A stretch of 64,000 nucleotides of DNA. Source: Bdellovibrionales bacterium (GTDB taxonomy: Bacteria; Bdellovibrionota; Bdellovibrionia; Bdellovibrionales; UBA1609). Within the stretch, counting starts at the first letter, position 1. Each line of letters begins with the position of its first letter. The stretch spans positions 256,001 through 320,000 of the forward strand of contig CBDBIB010000001.1 of NCBI GenBank assembly GCA_965205945.1, given 5' to 3'. Position numbers and translations under genes: made by a program. The notes beneath the pieces are model-generated. The model ran no database searches. It was not told where the DNA came from and saw nothing but the letters and a program-made list of their open reading frames with translations. Shown here piece by piece: positions 20,420-31,000 of the stretch.

Positions 20420-23220
20420 ACTACAGAGGTCCTTTTTTTAATATTAATATGTTCTTTTAAATACTTACCGGTATAAGTCTTAGTCTTACAAATGTCTAGG
20501 GGATGTCCAAAACTGGTAATATTTCCTCCTCTAAAACCTGCTTCAGGGCCTATATCTATGACCCAGTCACTACTAGCTATAATATCAAGATTGTGCTCAA
20601 TAATGATCAAAGAAGCTCCCCCAGATGTTAGTTTATCAAAAACTTTTAACAAGAGTTTAATTTCTTTAAAATGAAGACCCGTAGAGGGTTCATCAAAAAT
20701 TAAAATACGCCCGTTTAGATCAGAGGAAAGTAGGTACTTAGAAAGCTTAAGCCTCTGACTCTCTCCTCCACTTAAAGTATCTAAGGACTGTCCAAACCGT
20801 AAATAGCCAAGACCCAACTCTTCTAAGATTTTTAACGGCTTAATCAAACTTTTTTCTGTTGAAAAAAAACTCAGCGCCTCTGAGCATGTAAGTTCTAATA
20901 TTTCACACACATTCTTACCATTATACTGTATTTTTAAAACATCAGGCGTGTATTTTAAACCCGAGCATAAATCACAAGGTAGGCATATATCATCCATAAA
21001 AAGCATTTCGATTTGGTTAACTCCTAAACCCTTACAGCTAGGACATCGACCCCCATCAGTGTTTAAACTAAATGTGCCAGGTGTATACCCTAAAATTCTA
21101 GATTGCGCAGTATTAGATAAAATTTTTCTAACCAAATCAAAAACTTTAAGATAGGTAGCAACAAAAGATCTTTTGGATTTAGAAACACGCCTTTGATCCA
21201 CAAAATCAATAGATTTACATACGCTTGGAAGGGTTAGTTTTTTATATGGTAATGAGTCTGGTTGGTGCTCTTTTAAAAAAATTTTTAACACTGCAGGGTA
21301 AAGAGTTTGTGTAATAAGACTTGATTTTCCAGACCCGCTTACGCCAGTAATACAGATCATTTTTTCAATGGGTAGTTTTAAACAAATATTTTTTAAATTA
21401 TGACCATGGCATCCCGATATACAAATAAAAGGCGAAATGTCTTTTAACCTTTTTTTTAAAGAAAAAGTTTTTTTATCGCCACTTAAATAAGAAGATGTCA
21501 AAGATTTTTTACTTTTTAAAAACCTTGCGCGTGTGCCAGAAAAAATGATTTCCCCTCCATTTTTCCCACTTTCAGGGCCAATTTCAAAAATATACTGACC
21601 AGCTTTAATAACCTCTTTGTCATGCTCGACTACAACTAATGTATTCTTATTGTTGTGTAGTTTTTTAAGAAGTTTGATGAGTTTAGTGTTGTCTCTTGGA
21701 TGAAGTCCAATAGTGGGCTCATCTAAAACATATAAAGTGTCTGATAATTCAGAGCCTAGTTGATTAGAAATGTTTAAACGTTGAAATTCTCCTCCTGATA
21801 AAGTTTTAGTTTCTCTTAAAAGCGTTAAGTAACTTAACCCAATATTGTTTAAAAAAGATATACGATTTATAATTTCTTTAAACAACTCTTTTGTTTGTAT
21901 TCGTGTATTGTTGTTAAGTTTTAAATTCTCCAACCAATTTAAAAAATCTATTATTGATAGGTTACAAACAGCACCAATACTTTTATTGTTGATTTTAACT
22001 TGATTGATCTTTGGATTAAGTCTAAAGCCACTGCAATAGGTGCATGTACTTGAGCTTTTAAAACGACTTAAAAACACTCTAACATGCATTTTGTATGTTT
22101 TAGTTTCAAGATAATCAAAAAAACCTTGAATACAAGGCCTTTTTTTCTGCCCTCTCCAGACTAAGTTTTTCTCACTCTTTGAAAGATTCTTCCATGGAGT
22201 GTTTAAATTAATATTTCTAGATTTACAAAATTCTAAAAGTTGTGAACGTTGTTTAACTGCTGAGGGCATATTATATGGAACTATAGCGCCATCTTGAATA
22301 CTTAAGGACTCATTGGGAATAATTTTTTTTTCATCCAAGCAAAGCTGATTCCCAAAACCTCTACATTCAGGACAAGCCCCTGCAGCATTATTAAAAGAAA
22401 AAAGAGAGGGACTAAGATCCCAAAAAACTTCATTGCATTGACTACACGAAAGGATATCCTTAAACACTAAAACATCTTTTTTAGTTGAAATAACAGAGGC
22501 TTCTTTAAGACCAAATAAATCTTTAGAAAGCTGAAAAGCTTGAGAAAGACCATCAAAAATACGCAATTTAGAATCTTTATTTACGCTTAATCTATCTATA
22601 ATAATATGATAATGATCCTTACATGTACAAAAAGAATCAAATTCAAGATTTAAAGTTTTAACTACAACATGATTATAATCTACCTGAAGTACTTTATAAA
22701 AACCGAGTTTAAGCAGTTTATTTTTAAGTTTGGTGAGTTCTAAAATTTTTGACCGCTTAATTAAGCAGGTTATGTAAATTTGCTTATCTTTGAGCTGATT
22801 TAAAACTTGAGTTGTTGAGTTTGAAGCATCAAATTTTCTCATTTCAATATTATGATTCGGGCAAAACGGTTTTCCTACCTTTGAAAAAAAAATTCGAATA
22901 TAATCATATATATCAGTATGAGTTCCAACTGTAGATCTTGACGATCTAATAGAGTTGCGTTGTTCAAGAGCAATTGCAGGAGGAATATTTTGAGCTGAAT
23001 TAAGCAATGGTTTTTTTGCCTGTCCAACAAACTGTTTTGCATAATTTGAAAGACTTTCTAAATAACGTCGTTGACCTTCAGCAAAAAGAGTTTGAAAGGC
23101 TAGTGAGCTTTTTCCTGACCCGCTTGGACCGCAAATGACGACAAAAGAACCTATAGGAATTTTAAAATCTATGTTTTTTAAATTATTCTGCTTAATACCT
23201 TTAAGAATAATGTTCTTCAT
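20416..23220 (-). CDS. uvrA: Excinuclease ABC subunit A family
   Basis: GPSGSGKSSLAF..LFAEGQRRY, zinc fingers, two LSGGE motifs, GVSGSGKS. Confidence 0.93.
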   Translation of the reverse strand: MKNIILKGIKQNNLKNIDFKIPIGSFVVICGPSGSGKSSLAFQTLFAEGQRRYLESLSNYAKQFVGQAKKPLLNSAQNIPPAIALEQRNSIRSSRSTVGTHTDIYDYIRIFFSKVGKPFCPNHNIEMRKFDASNSTTQVLNQLKDKQIYITCLIKRSKILELTKLKNKLLKLGFYKVLQVDYNHVVVKTLNLEFDSFCTCKDHYHIIIDRLSVNKDSKLRIFDGLSQAFQLSKDLFGLKEASVISTKKDVLVFKDILSCSQCNEVFWDLSPSLFSFNNAAGACPECRGFGNQLCLDEKKIIPNESLSIQDGAIVPYNMPSAVKQRSQLLEFCKSRNINLNTPWKNLSKSEKNLVWRGQKKRPCIQGFFDYLETKTYKMHVRVFLSRFKSSSTCTYCSGFRLNPKINQVKINNKSIGAVCNLSIIDFLNWLENLKLNNNTRIQTKELFKEIINRISFLNNIGLSYLTLLRETKTLSGGEFQRLNISNQLGSELSDTLYVLDEPTIGLHPRDNTKLIKLLKKLHNNKNTLVVVEHDKEVIKAGQYIFEIGPESGKNGGEIIFSGTRARFLKSKKSLTSSYLSGDKKTFSLKKRLKDISPFICISGCHGHNLKNICLKLPIEKMICITGVSGSGKSSLITQTLYPAVLKIFLKEHQPDSLPYKKLTLPSVCKSIDFVDQRRVSKSKRSFVATYLKVFDLVRKILSNTAQSRILGYTPGTFSLNTDGGRCPSCKGLGVNQIEMLFMDDICLPCDLCSGLKYTPDVLKIQYNGKNVCEILELTCSEALSFFSTEKSLIKPLKILEELGLGYLRFGQSLDTLSGGESQRLKLSKYLLSSDLNGRILIFDEPSTGLHFKEIKLLLKVFDKLTSGGASLIIIEHNLDIIASSDWVIDIGPEAGFRGGNITSFGHPLDICKTKTYTGKYLKEHINIKKRTSVV

Positions 23221-23222
23221 TT

Positions 23223-25880
23223 TTACTCATCTAAATCTTCCATAAACAAATCTTTTGCATCTACCTCAGTATGAGTACTGCTTTCTTTAGAAGGTTCAAA
23301 GTTTTCACGAAAGGCTTGCCTTGCAACACGCTCTGTTTTAGCCCCTGCAAGTTTTCCCGTGTCCTCATCAATATTTGAAAAAACAATTCCTAAAGGAACT
23401 CTAAAATCTTCTTTTGGAAGATTTTTATGTGCTTTTAACATATAATCAATCCAAACTGGGAGAGCAGCTCTCCCCCCAACCTCACCCTTACCTAAACCTC
23501 GCTCATTATCAAATCCAATCCAAACACCAGTTACAATTTGTGGTGTGTATCCTATAAACCAAGCATCATAATAAGCATTGGTAGTTCCAGTCTTACCTGC
23601 TACAGGACGCCTTAAAACTCTTGCCTTAGCTGCGGTTCCTTTTGAACCATAAATAACATCGGAAAGAATATTTGTTATAATATATGCTGTTTGAGGTGTG
23701 ATCAATTGTGTAGAGGTGTTTTCTGGAAAGACTTTTCTTTGATCTCCAAATTTCATTTCCTGAAAAGTGACTTTCTCAAATATTTCTTTAGAAGCTTTAA
23801 TTTTTTCTTTAAAACGTTTATCAAACCTATAGTCCTCTAAGAGCGTATTGCCGTTTTGATCTTTAACAGAGTGAATAAGTATTGGTGAAATTTCTTTTCC
23901 TAAACGACCAAAATGTGAATAAATCTTTGTCATTTCATAAAGGGTTAAACCACTTGATCCAAGGGCTGCAGTAAGATCACTATTTAATGGAGAAAAAGCT
24001 CCAAGGCGACGAGCATAGTTTAAAGCCCAGGGCACAGATATTTTAGTGATAACTTCAATTGTAGGAGCATTTAATGATCGAACTAGCGCATCCCTAAAAA
24101 TAACATCTCCACTAAAATATCCAGAATGATTAGAAGGTTTATACTTTTTAATAAGAACGTCATCACTTCCCGCCTCTGGAGGAAGCTCCTCTTCAAATAC
24201 TCGTGGAATGTCTAAAATTTCAGTAACAGGAGTAAACCCATAATCTAAAGCTGAAGCATAGATAATAGGTTTAAACGCAGAGCCTGTTTGCCTTAAAGCC
24301 TGATAGGTTCTATTGTACTTACTCTTTTCAAAATCATAACCCCCAACCATGGTGATAATTTCGCTAGTTTTTTGATCAAAAGACAATAAAGCCCCTTGAA
24401 CAATGGGCTCTTGTTCAAGTTCCACCAGAGCGTGAGAGCCTATATGATCTACAATTTTTGTTTTTAAAATTTTTGAATCTTTAATTTTATCAGATATAAT
24501 TTTCACTTGTATAACATCACCGACTTTAAGTGCGTGGGAAGGTTTTTTTAAAAAAGCATATTTCCAATGAACTTCGCTATCCGGTTTTCTTGCCCACTTC
24601 ATAGAATCAAAAATTATAACGCCTCTGTGCTCTCCAAAACGTACAAAAGTAAGGCCCTCTTTATCTGAAACCTTAGTCACAATGGCATCAATAATATCAT
24701 TTTTTCTAATATAAGAAGGAAGATTAGGTTTTAAGCTAGCTTTATTGTCTTCTAAATTAATATTAAAAACAGTTAAGTTTAAAGGCTCTTTTATGGGACC
24801 AATAATTTCACCCTCTAAGTCAATTTCAATTTTTTTATAAAAATTTTGAATAAAAGCATCCCTAGATTTACTTAAAAAAGCTTTAACCTCATCAATGGTG
24901 TTATAGTTTGTTTTTGCTCCTCTAAAACCTTGCCGTTTATCTAGTTCATGAAGTCCTTTTTTAATCGCATCTTGTGCAGCCTGTTGTTTTTCTAAATCTA
25001 AGGAGGTTTTAATAATGAGCCCATCTTGTAAGAGGGCTTCATCGCCAATTTCATCAGAGAGAACCTGTCTTACTACTTCAACAAAATATGGTGCTATGGC
25101 TTTAACTTTTTGTTTAATGTAAACAGTTAGGTTTTCATTTACTGCACTTTTAGCATCCTCTTTAGAAATATATCCCTCCTCAGCCATTCTAAAAAGAACG
25201 TAGTGTTGCCGTCTTTTAGCGGCCTTTGGATTTTTAAGAGGAGAATTTTTTGAAGGACGGCTTGTAAGACCAGCAAGAAGAGCAGCTTCCTTTATGGTAA
25301 TCTCATCCACATTTTTGTTAAAATAAGTTTGAGCTGCCATTCCAACACCGTAGGCACCCTCGCCTAAATAAATATGGTTTAAATATAGATTTAGAATCTT
25401 ATCTTTTGAATATTTAAGTTCCAGTCTTTTAGCTAAGATAGCTTCCTTAATTTTTCTTTCATAAGAACGTTCGTCAGTTAAAAAAATTTGTTTTACCACC
25501 TGCTGGGTTATAGTGGATCCACCCTGTACAGTTTTTCCTGCAAAAAAGTTTTTAATAGCAGCTCGAAGAATAGCTTGATAGTTAATTCCATTATGTGAAT
25601 AAAAATTAGAATCTTCAGCTGATATGAAAGCTTGCTCTAAATGATTAGGAATATTCTCCTCAGAAACAAGAGTTCTTCTTTCAATATTAAAAAATTCACC
25701 AACTTGTTTTTCATTGCGGTCTAAAACTTTAGTAACTTCATTTGGGTTATACTCATCAAGCTTTGCAACGTCAGGTAGTCCTTTTGAAAACCAAAAATAA
25801 GCACCAAAAACTAAGACTCCGCCAATAACCACACAGAGAACACAAAATCCTAAAAAACACTTGAGTAGAATTTTACCCAT
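23223..25880 (-). CDS. mrcA: Penicillin-binding protein 1A
   Basis: EDSNFYSHNG, GGSTITQQ, RKIKE; SAFK, SLN, KTG. Confidence 0.92.
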   Translation of the reverse strand: MGKILLKCFLGFCVLCVVIGGVLVFGAYFWFSKGLPDVAKLDEYNPNEVTKVLDRNEKQVGEFFNIERRTLVSEENIPNHLEQAFISAEDSNFYSHNGINYQAILRAAIKNFFAGKTVQGGSTITQQVVKQIFLTDERSYERKIKEAILAKRLELKYSKDKILNLYLNHIYLGEGAYGVGMAAQTYFNKNVDEITIKEAALLAGLTSRPSKNSPLKNPKAAKRRQHYVLFRMAEEGYISKEDAKSAVNENLTVYIKQKVKAIAPYFVEVVRQVLSDEIGDEALLQDGLIIKTSLDLEKQQAAQDAIKKGLHELDKRQGFRGAKTNYNTIDEVKAFLSKSRDAFIQNFYKKIEIDLEGEIIGPIKEPLNLTVFNINLEDNKASLKPNLPSYIRKNDIIDAIVTKVSDKEGLTFVRFGEHRGVIIFDSMKWARKPDSEVHWKYAFLKKPSHALKVGDVIQVKIISDKIKDSKILKTKIVDHIGSHALVELEQEPIVQGALLSFDQKTSEIITMVGGYDFEKSKYNRTYQALRQTGSAFKPIIYASALDYGFTPVTEILDIPRVFEEELPPEAGSDDVLIKKYKPSNHSGYFSGDVIFRDALVRSLNAPTIEVITKISVPWALNYARRLGAFSPLNSDLTAALGSSGLTLYEMTKIYSHFGRLGKEISPILIHSVKDQNGNTLLEDYRFDKRFKEKIKASKEIFEKVTFQEMKFGDQRKVFPENTSTQLITPQTAYIITNILSDVIYGSKGTAAKARVLRRPVAGKTGTTNAYYDAWFIGYTPQIVTGVWIGFDNERGLGKGEVGGRAALPVWIDYMLKAHKNLPKEDFRVPLGIVFSNIDEDTGKLAGAKTERVARQAFRENFEPSKESSTHTEVDAKDLFMEDLDE

Positions 25881-25947
25881 AAAAACCCCTTAAATAAGAT
25901 ACTACTGTTTAAGAAGGGGCGGTGTATAGTTTTTTAGTTAAAAATCA

Positions 25948-27264
25948 TTAGTTTTTATTAATAGAACTAGAAACACTTTTAAACTGCTGTATAATTGAAT
26001 TGCAACCACTGTTATTTCTTTTAGCATCTTTAAGTTGAATACGTAGCGCATTTGCTTCATTAAAAGCATCAATTTTAGACTTAGAAGCCACTGTTATACT
26101 AGGCGCTGATGAGTCCCTCAGATTTGAAGCGGTATGAATTATAGCGCGGTTAGACTCTACTCCAGCCTTTCTTTTAGCAGCTTCTAGCTCTATTTGAGTA
26201 CTTAAAATATTTGATTGAATAAAAGACCCTTTAGAGCTAGCAGCAAGAGATTCGTTTTCAATATTTTTTAAAGCTCTTAAATATTCACTAACAGCTTGAG
26301 CTTGTAAAACATTTAGACTTCCTAAAGTTTTAATTTTTTCAGCTTTAACTTTAGCTCGCTGTTGTTTAAATCTAGTTAATTCTCTCTTGATAATAGACCT
26401 TTTACTCTTAATAATACGTTGTTCAAAACTGTACTGTGACCCAAAGCCTGTTCTATCTCCATTTTTTGTGTATAAAGCTGTACAATTCCTAAGGTATCGA
26501 TTGTATTTAAGAGTGCCAGCATCATTAATACTTAAACCTGTACGGCTTATAAGTTGTGCGTGCGTTAAATATCTTTTTTGCTTATTTATGCTTACTGTTG
26601 TAATATATTCTGACCTTATTTTCTCAGCACTTTCACGACACTTCATTTCATTTTCTAAAACGAATTTTCTTAAACCTAATTGAAGTAAATCAAGCTCATC
26701 GTACTTTTGAGCTATGTTGTTAGTAATCACTTCCATCTTATTAATTTCAACTTGTAAAGCACTTGTTCGAGCAGAAGAAATTTCTGCTAATGTTTTTTCA
26801 AGCTTTGAATGAGCCTCTAGTTTACCACGAGCAATACCAAGAGATTTCTGAGTAAGCTCTTCATAATCTATTTGCAGATTATTCATACGATCTCTAATTC
26901 TATCAACTTTTTCCTCAGCCATTTTTAATTCATCTGTTGATGTTGCATTATTAAGACAGTAAGAATATTTTTTAGAATCTTTTTTAGAACAAACATCTAA
27001 ACGATCAGAACAGGTTTGCTCAACCATCCCTAACCCAGCTTTAGTACACGCTTTAATAAGATCTGTACGCGCTTGGTTTTCATTACGATTTAAGCCATCG
27101 CATCTATTTAGATTATATTGTCGATCGCTTATTTGACCAGTTGTCTGTGATAAGGTGTTCTGAGCAAATGATATATTGCAAATGAATATAAGCACCGATG
27201 CAAATAAAAAATGAACAATATTTATAGAAGATGTTAACCTTTTTGACAGTGTAGTAGCCTTCAT
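25948..27264 (-). CDS. Secreted coiled-coil hypothetical protein
   Basis: Signal peptide, Cys-containing N-domain, long heptad-rich helices. Confidence 0.6.
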   Translation of the reverse strand: MKATTLSKRLTSSINIVHFLFASVLIFICNISFAQNTLSQTTGQISDRQYNLNRCDGLNRNENQARTDLIKACTKAGLGMVEQTCSDRLDVCSKKDSKKYSYCLNNATSTDELKMAEEKVDRIRDRMNNLQIDYEELTQKSLGIARGKLEAHSKLEKTLAEISSARTSALQVEINKMEVITNNIAQKYDELDLLQLGLRKFVLENEMKCRESAEKIRSEYITTVSINKQKRYLTHAQLISRTGLSINDAGTLKYNRYLRNCTALYTKNGDRTGFGSQYSFEQRIIKSKRSIIKRELTRFKQQRAKVKAEKIKTLGSLNVLQAQAVSEYLRALKNIENESLAASSKGSFIQSNILSTQIELEAAKRKAGVESNRAIIHTASNLRDSSAPSITVASKSKIDAFNEANALRIQLKDAKRNNSGCNSIIQQFKSVSSSINKN

Positions 27265-27305
27265 TTTGATTTCCCCCTTTAAATTACTTAAAACATAAAT
27301 TATGT

Positions 27306-27322
27306 AGCAAATGAAGTGCCAA
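27306..27322 (-). promoter_or_regulatory. Sigma54 -24/-12 promoter
   Basis: Minus strand TTGGCAC-TTCAT-TTGCT, consensus match. Confidence 0.8.
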
Positions 27323-27664
27323 TTTTTGTCAAAACATTTATTTTAGTTTCATATAGGCATGGATAAGCACCGAATTTCTAAAAATAGGACTATTCACCTT
27401 AATTAGATTATAAGAATGATCTAATTAAAAAAATAAAGATCATCCAAATGGAGAAAATAATGCGCATAGAATTAAATGCCGATGAGAAGAATTTTAGAGT
27501 AGTGTTAATGGCATCTGATACTGGAGAAATATTTAATTTTTACACAAAACCACAATTTTCAAGCCTAACAGAAGAAGTTGTCTAAATTTGAGAAACAAGG
27601 TTATCAAATCAAACTCTGCCATAAAGCAACTTATATTGGCTTTTTATCAAAAAGAAAGCTTAAT

Positions 27665-28080
27665 GAGATAGACGCAACAAACAATCCAAGGCTACAACTT
27701 AAAGTTTGCAACCTGGCTGCCAATGCCTAAAACCTGAGCCCATGCACCCTGAGAGCTAGTCTCCTTAGACAATCAATAATTATCAGTCAACCTGGAATAA
27801 CAAAGCGGTTTGTATACATTAAATTAAGTTTATAATAGTTAGGTAACAATTCATCATAGCCACCCTAAACAAGCTTCTGCCAATACCTTACTGCTACGTC
27901 ATAATCCCTTTGAGTCCTGGTGGCAATTACACCCATATTAGCTGAGCCATAATTTGAATCTGTATTAATTAAAACATTGGTAGCACCACACCGGGGCTAA
28001 GGCCAAAATAACTCACACCACCTAAACATGCAGAGCCTCCCTAGTTAAGAAAGAGAAGGAGCCAAAGTATAGATCACACC
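27665..28080 (-). pseudogene. Decayed DUF1566 (Lcl C-terminal, C-type-lectin-fold) domain, probably the former C-terminus of the fibre gene
   Basis: Minus-strand fragments GSACLGGVSYFGLSP / DSNYGSAN / AVRYWQKLV*GGYDELLP...LNLMYTNR..IPG / NY*LSKETSSQGAWAQVLGIGSQVANFK...VCCV follow the DUF1566 motif order. Confidence 0.7.
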
Positions 28081-31000
28081 TCATCTACTCAAAATATTTG
28101 TCCACACTGTCCCATCGCAAAGCTCCATTTTTTTTCCTAAAGAATTATACCTTAAAGTACCCTCAATTAAACTGTCACAAGAGGTTGTAACTGTTCCAAC
28201 TTTTTTTAAAAATGTAATAGTAGATGTACTAATAGATCCTGGAGTAGAAATGCTTCCAGAGACAGAAACATCACCATTATTGTTAATAGTGATTCCTTCA
28301 TTATCACCGTCTCCACTTAAATAATTTTGGTTAAGATTTATATTTAATCGAGCCCTGCCATCTCCCATATTATCAGCACTGCTTGGTAAGTTTATAAGCC
28401 GACTTCCATCAACAGCAGGCAGTCTTAAAGAGCTATCAAGCTTAATAAGCTGATTGCTCCCTGTGCCAACATCTAATCTAGCTGTGCTAATGGTTCCTGA
28501 AGTGATCTTTTCTCCATTTAAATCTGGTATATCAGATTTTAATAAACTTAAAACATCAACCACTCTTCCTTTAACATCAACTCTAACTTTTGGGTACGCC
28601 CCTTGGGTTACACCCGTTGGTATAAGACTAGGGTTTGGGTAGGTTCCTGTAAGATCCCCTTGAGCCTGGCTTCCTAAAAGACTTGTGTTTTGATCAACTT
28701 CACATGACCAGGAATAAATAGGGCCATTACTCATTTGAAGTTTTTCATTGCTTTCACAACTAGGCACTCCACCAGCATCCATTGCGTTGCCTCGACTTTT
28801 TCCTAAAGAGGCTTTTAAATAACCGTTTAAAAAGTTTGAATGTGTTATTTTTTTAAGACCACTTTGAGAAACATCATACATTAAAACACTGTCTAAAGAA
28901 TCAGCCGTAGTTTTTTCTGTAGTTTTGTTAATGTCTACACTTAAACTTCTATCAGTTGATAAATCTCCGCCTCCACTTAATCCACTGTTTAAAGCCGTTC
29001 TAATAGTTCTAGTTATTGGAGCTTTTCTAGATTCAAGTTCATTAAGTGCACCTTCTACATCTGTAGCCTGAATGTTTCCAAATGGAGTGTAGGTCACTGT
29101 GTTTGCCGCTAGACTTGCTAAACTCCAACCTTCAGACACATCCTTACAATTTGCTCCTCTTTCATCACAAATTTGTGTTATTCTTGCTGTTCCAGCAACG
29201 TCTAATAAAGCCTCAGGACTAGCCTTACCAACTCCAACCCTTCCACTAGCATCAATAATAATTCCCTCATTATCACCGTCTCCACTTAAATAATTTTGGT
29301 TAAGATTTATATTTAATCGAGCTACGCTATCTCCCATATTATCAGCACTACTTGGTAAGTTTATAAGCCGACTTCCATCAACAGCAGGCAGTCTTAAAGA
29401 GCTATCAAGCTTAATAAGCTGATTGCTCCCTGTGCCAACATCTAATCTAGCTGTGCTAATGGTTCCTGAAGTGATCTTTTCTCCATTTAAATCTGGTATA
29501 TCAGATTTTAATAAACTTAAACCCTCAACCACTCTTCCTTTAACATCAACTCTAACTTTTGGGTACGCCCCTTGGGTTACACCCGTTGGTGTAAGACTAG
29601 GGTTTGGGTAGGTTCCTGTAAGATCCCCTTGAGCCTGGCTTCCTAAAAGACTTGTGTTTTGATCAACTTCACATGACCAGGAATAAATAGGGCCATTACT
29701 CATTTGAAGTTTTTCATTAGTTTCACAACTAGGCACTCCACCAGCATCCATTGCGTTGCCTGCATTTTTTCCTAAAGAGGCTTTTAAATAACCGTTTAAA
29801 AAGTTTGAATGTGTTATTTTTTTAAGACTACTTTGAGAAACATCATATATTAAAACACTGTCTAAAGAATCAGCCGTAGTTTTTTCTGTAGTTTTGTTAA
29901 TGTCTACACTTAAACTTCTATCAGTCGATAAATCTCCACCTCCACTTAATCCACTGTTTAAAGCCGTTGTAATAGTTCTAGTTATTGGAGCTTTTCTAGA
30001 TTCAAGTTCATTAAGTGCACCTTCTACATCTGTAGCCTGAATGTTTCCAAATGGAGTGTAGGTCACCGTGTTTGCCGCCAGACTTGCTAAACTCCAACCT
30101 TCAGACACATCCTTACAATTTGCTCCTCTTTCATCACAAATTTGTGTTATTCTTGCTGTTCCAGCAACGTCTAATAAAGCCTCAGGACTAGCCTTACCAA
30201 CTCCAACCCTTCCATTAGCATCAATAATAATTCCCTCATTATCACCGTCTCCACTTAAATAATTTTGGTTAAGATTTATATTTAATCGAGCTATACCATC
30301 TCCCATATTATCAGCACTGCTTGGTAAGTTTATAAGCCGACTTCCATCAACAGCAGGCAGTCTTAAAGAGCTATCAAGCTTAATAAGCTGATTACTCCCT
30401 GTGCCAACATCTAATCTAGCTGTGCTAATGGTTCCTGAAGTGATCTTTTCTCCATTTAAATCTGGTATATCAGATTTTAATAAACTTAAACCCTCAACCA
30501 CTCTTCCTTTAACATCAACTCTAACTTTTGGGTACGTCCCTTGGGTTACACCCGTTGGTGTAAGACTAGGGTTTGGGTAGGTTCCTGTAAGATCCCCTTG
30601 AGCCTGGCTTCCTAAAAGACTTGTGTTTTGATCAACTTCACATGACCAGGAATAAATAGGGCCATTACTCATTTGAAGTTTTTCATTGCTTTCACAACTA
30701 GGCACCCCACCAGCATCCATTGCGTTGCCTCGACTTGTGCCTAAAGAAGCTTTTAAATAACCGTTTAAAAAGTTTGAATGTGTTATTTTTTTAAGACCAC
30801 TTTGAGAAACATCATACATTAAAACACTGTCTAAAGAATCAGCCGTAGTTTTTTCTGTAGTTCCGTTAATGTCTACACTTAAACTTCTATTAGTTGATAA
30901 ATCTCCACCTCCACTTAATCCACTGTTTAAAGCCGTTCTAATAGTTCTAGTTATTGGAGCTTTTCTAGATTCAAGTTCATTAAGTGCACCTTCTACATCT

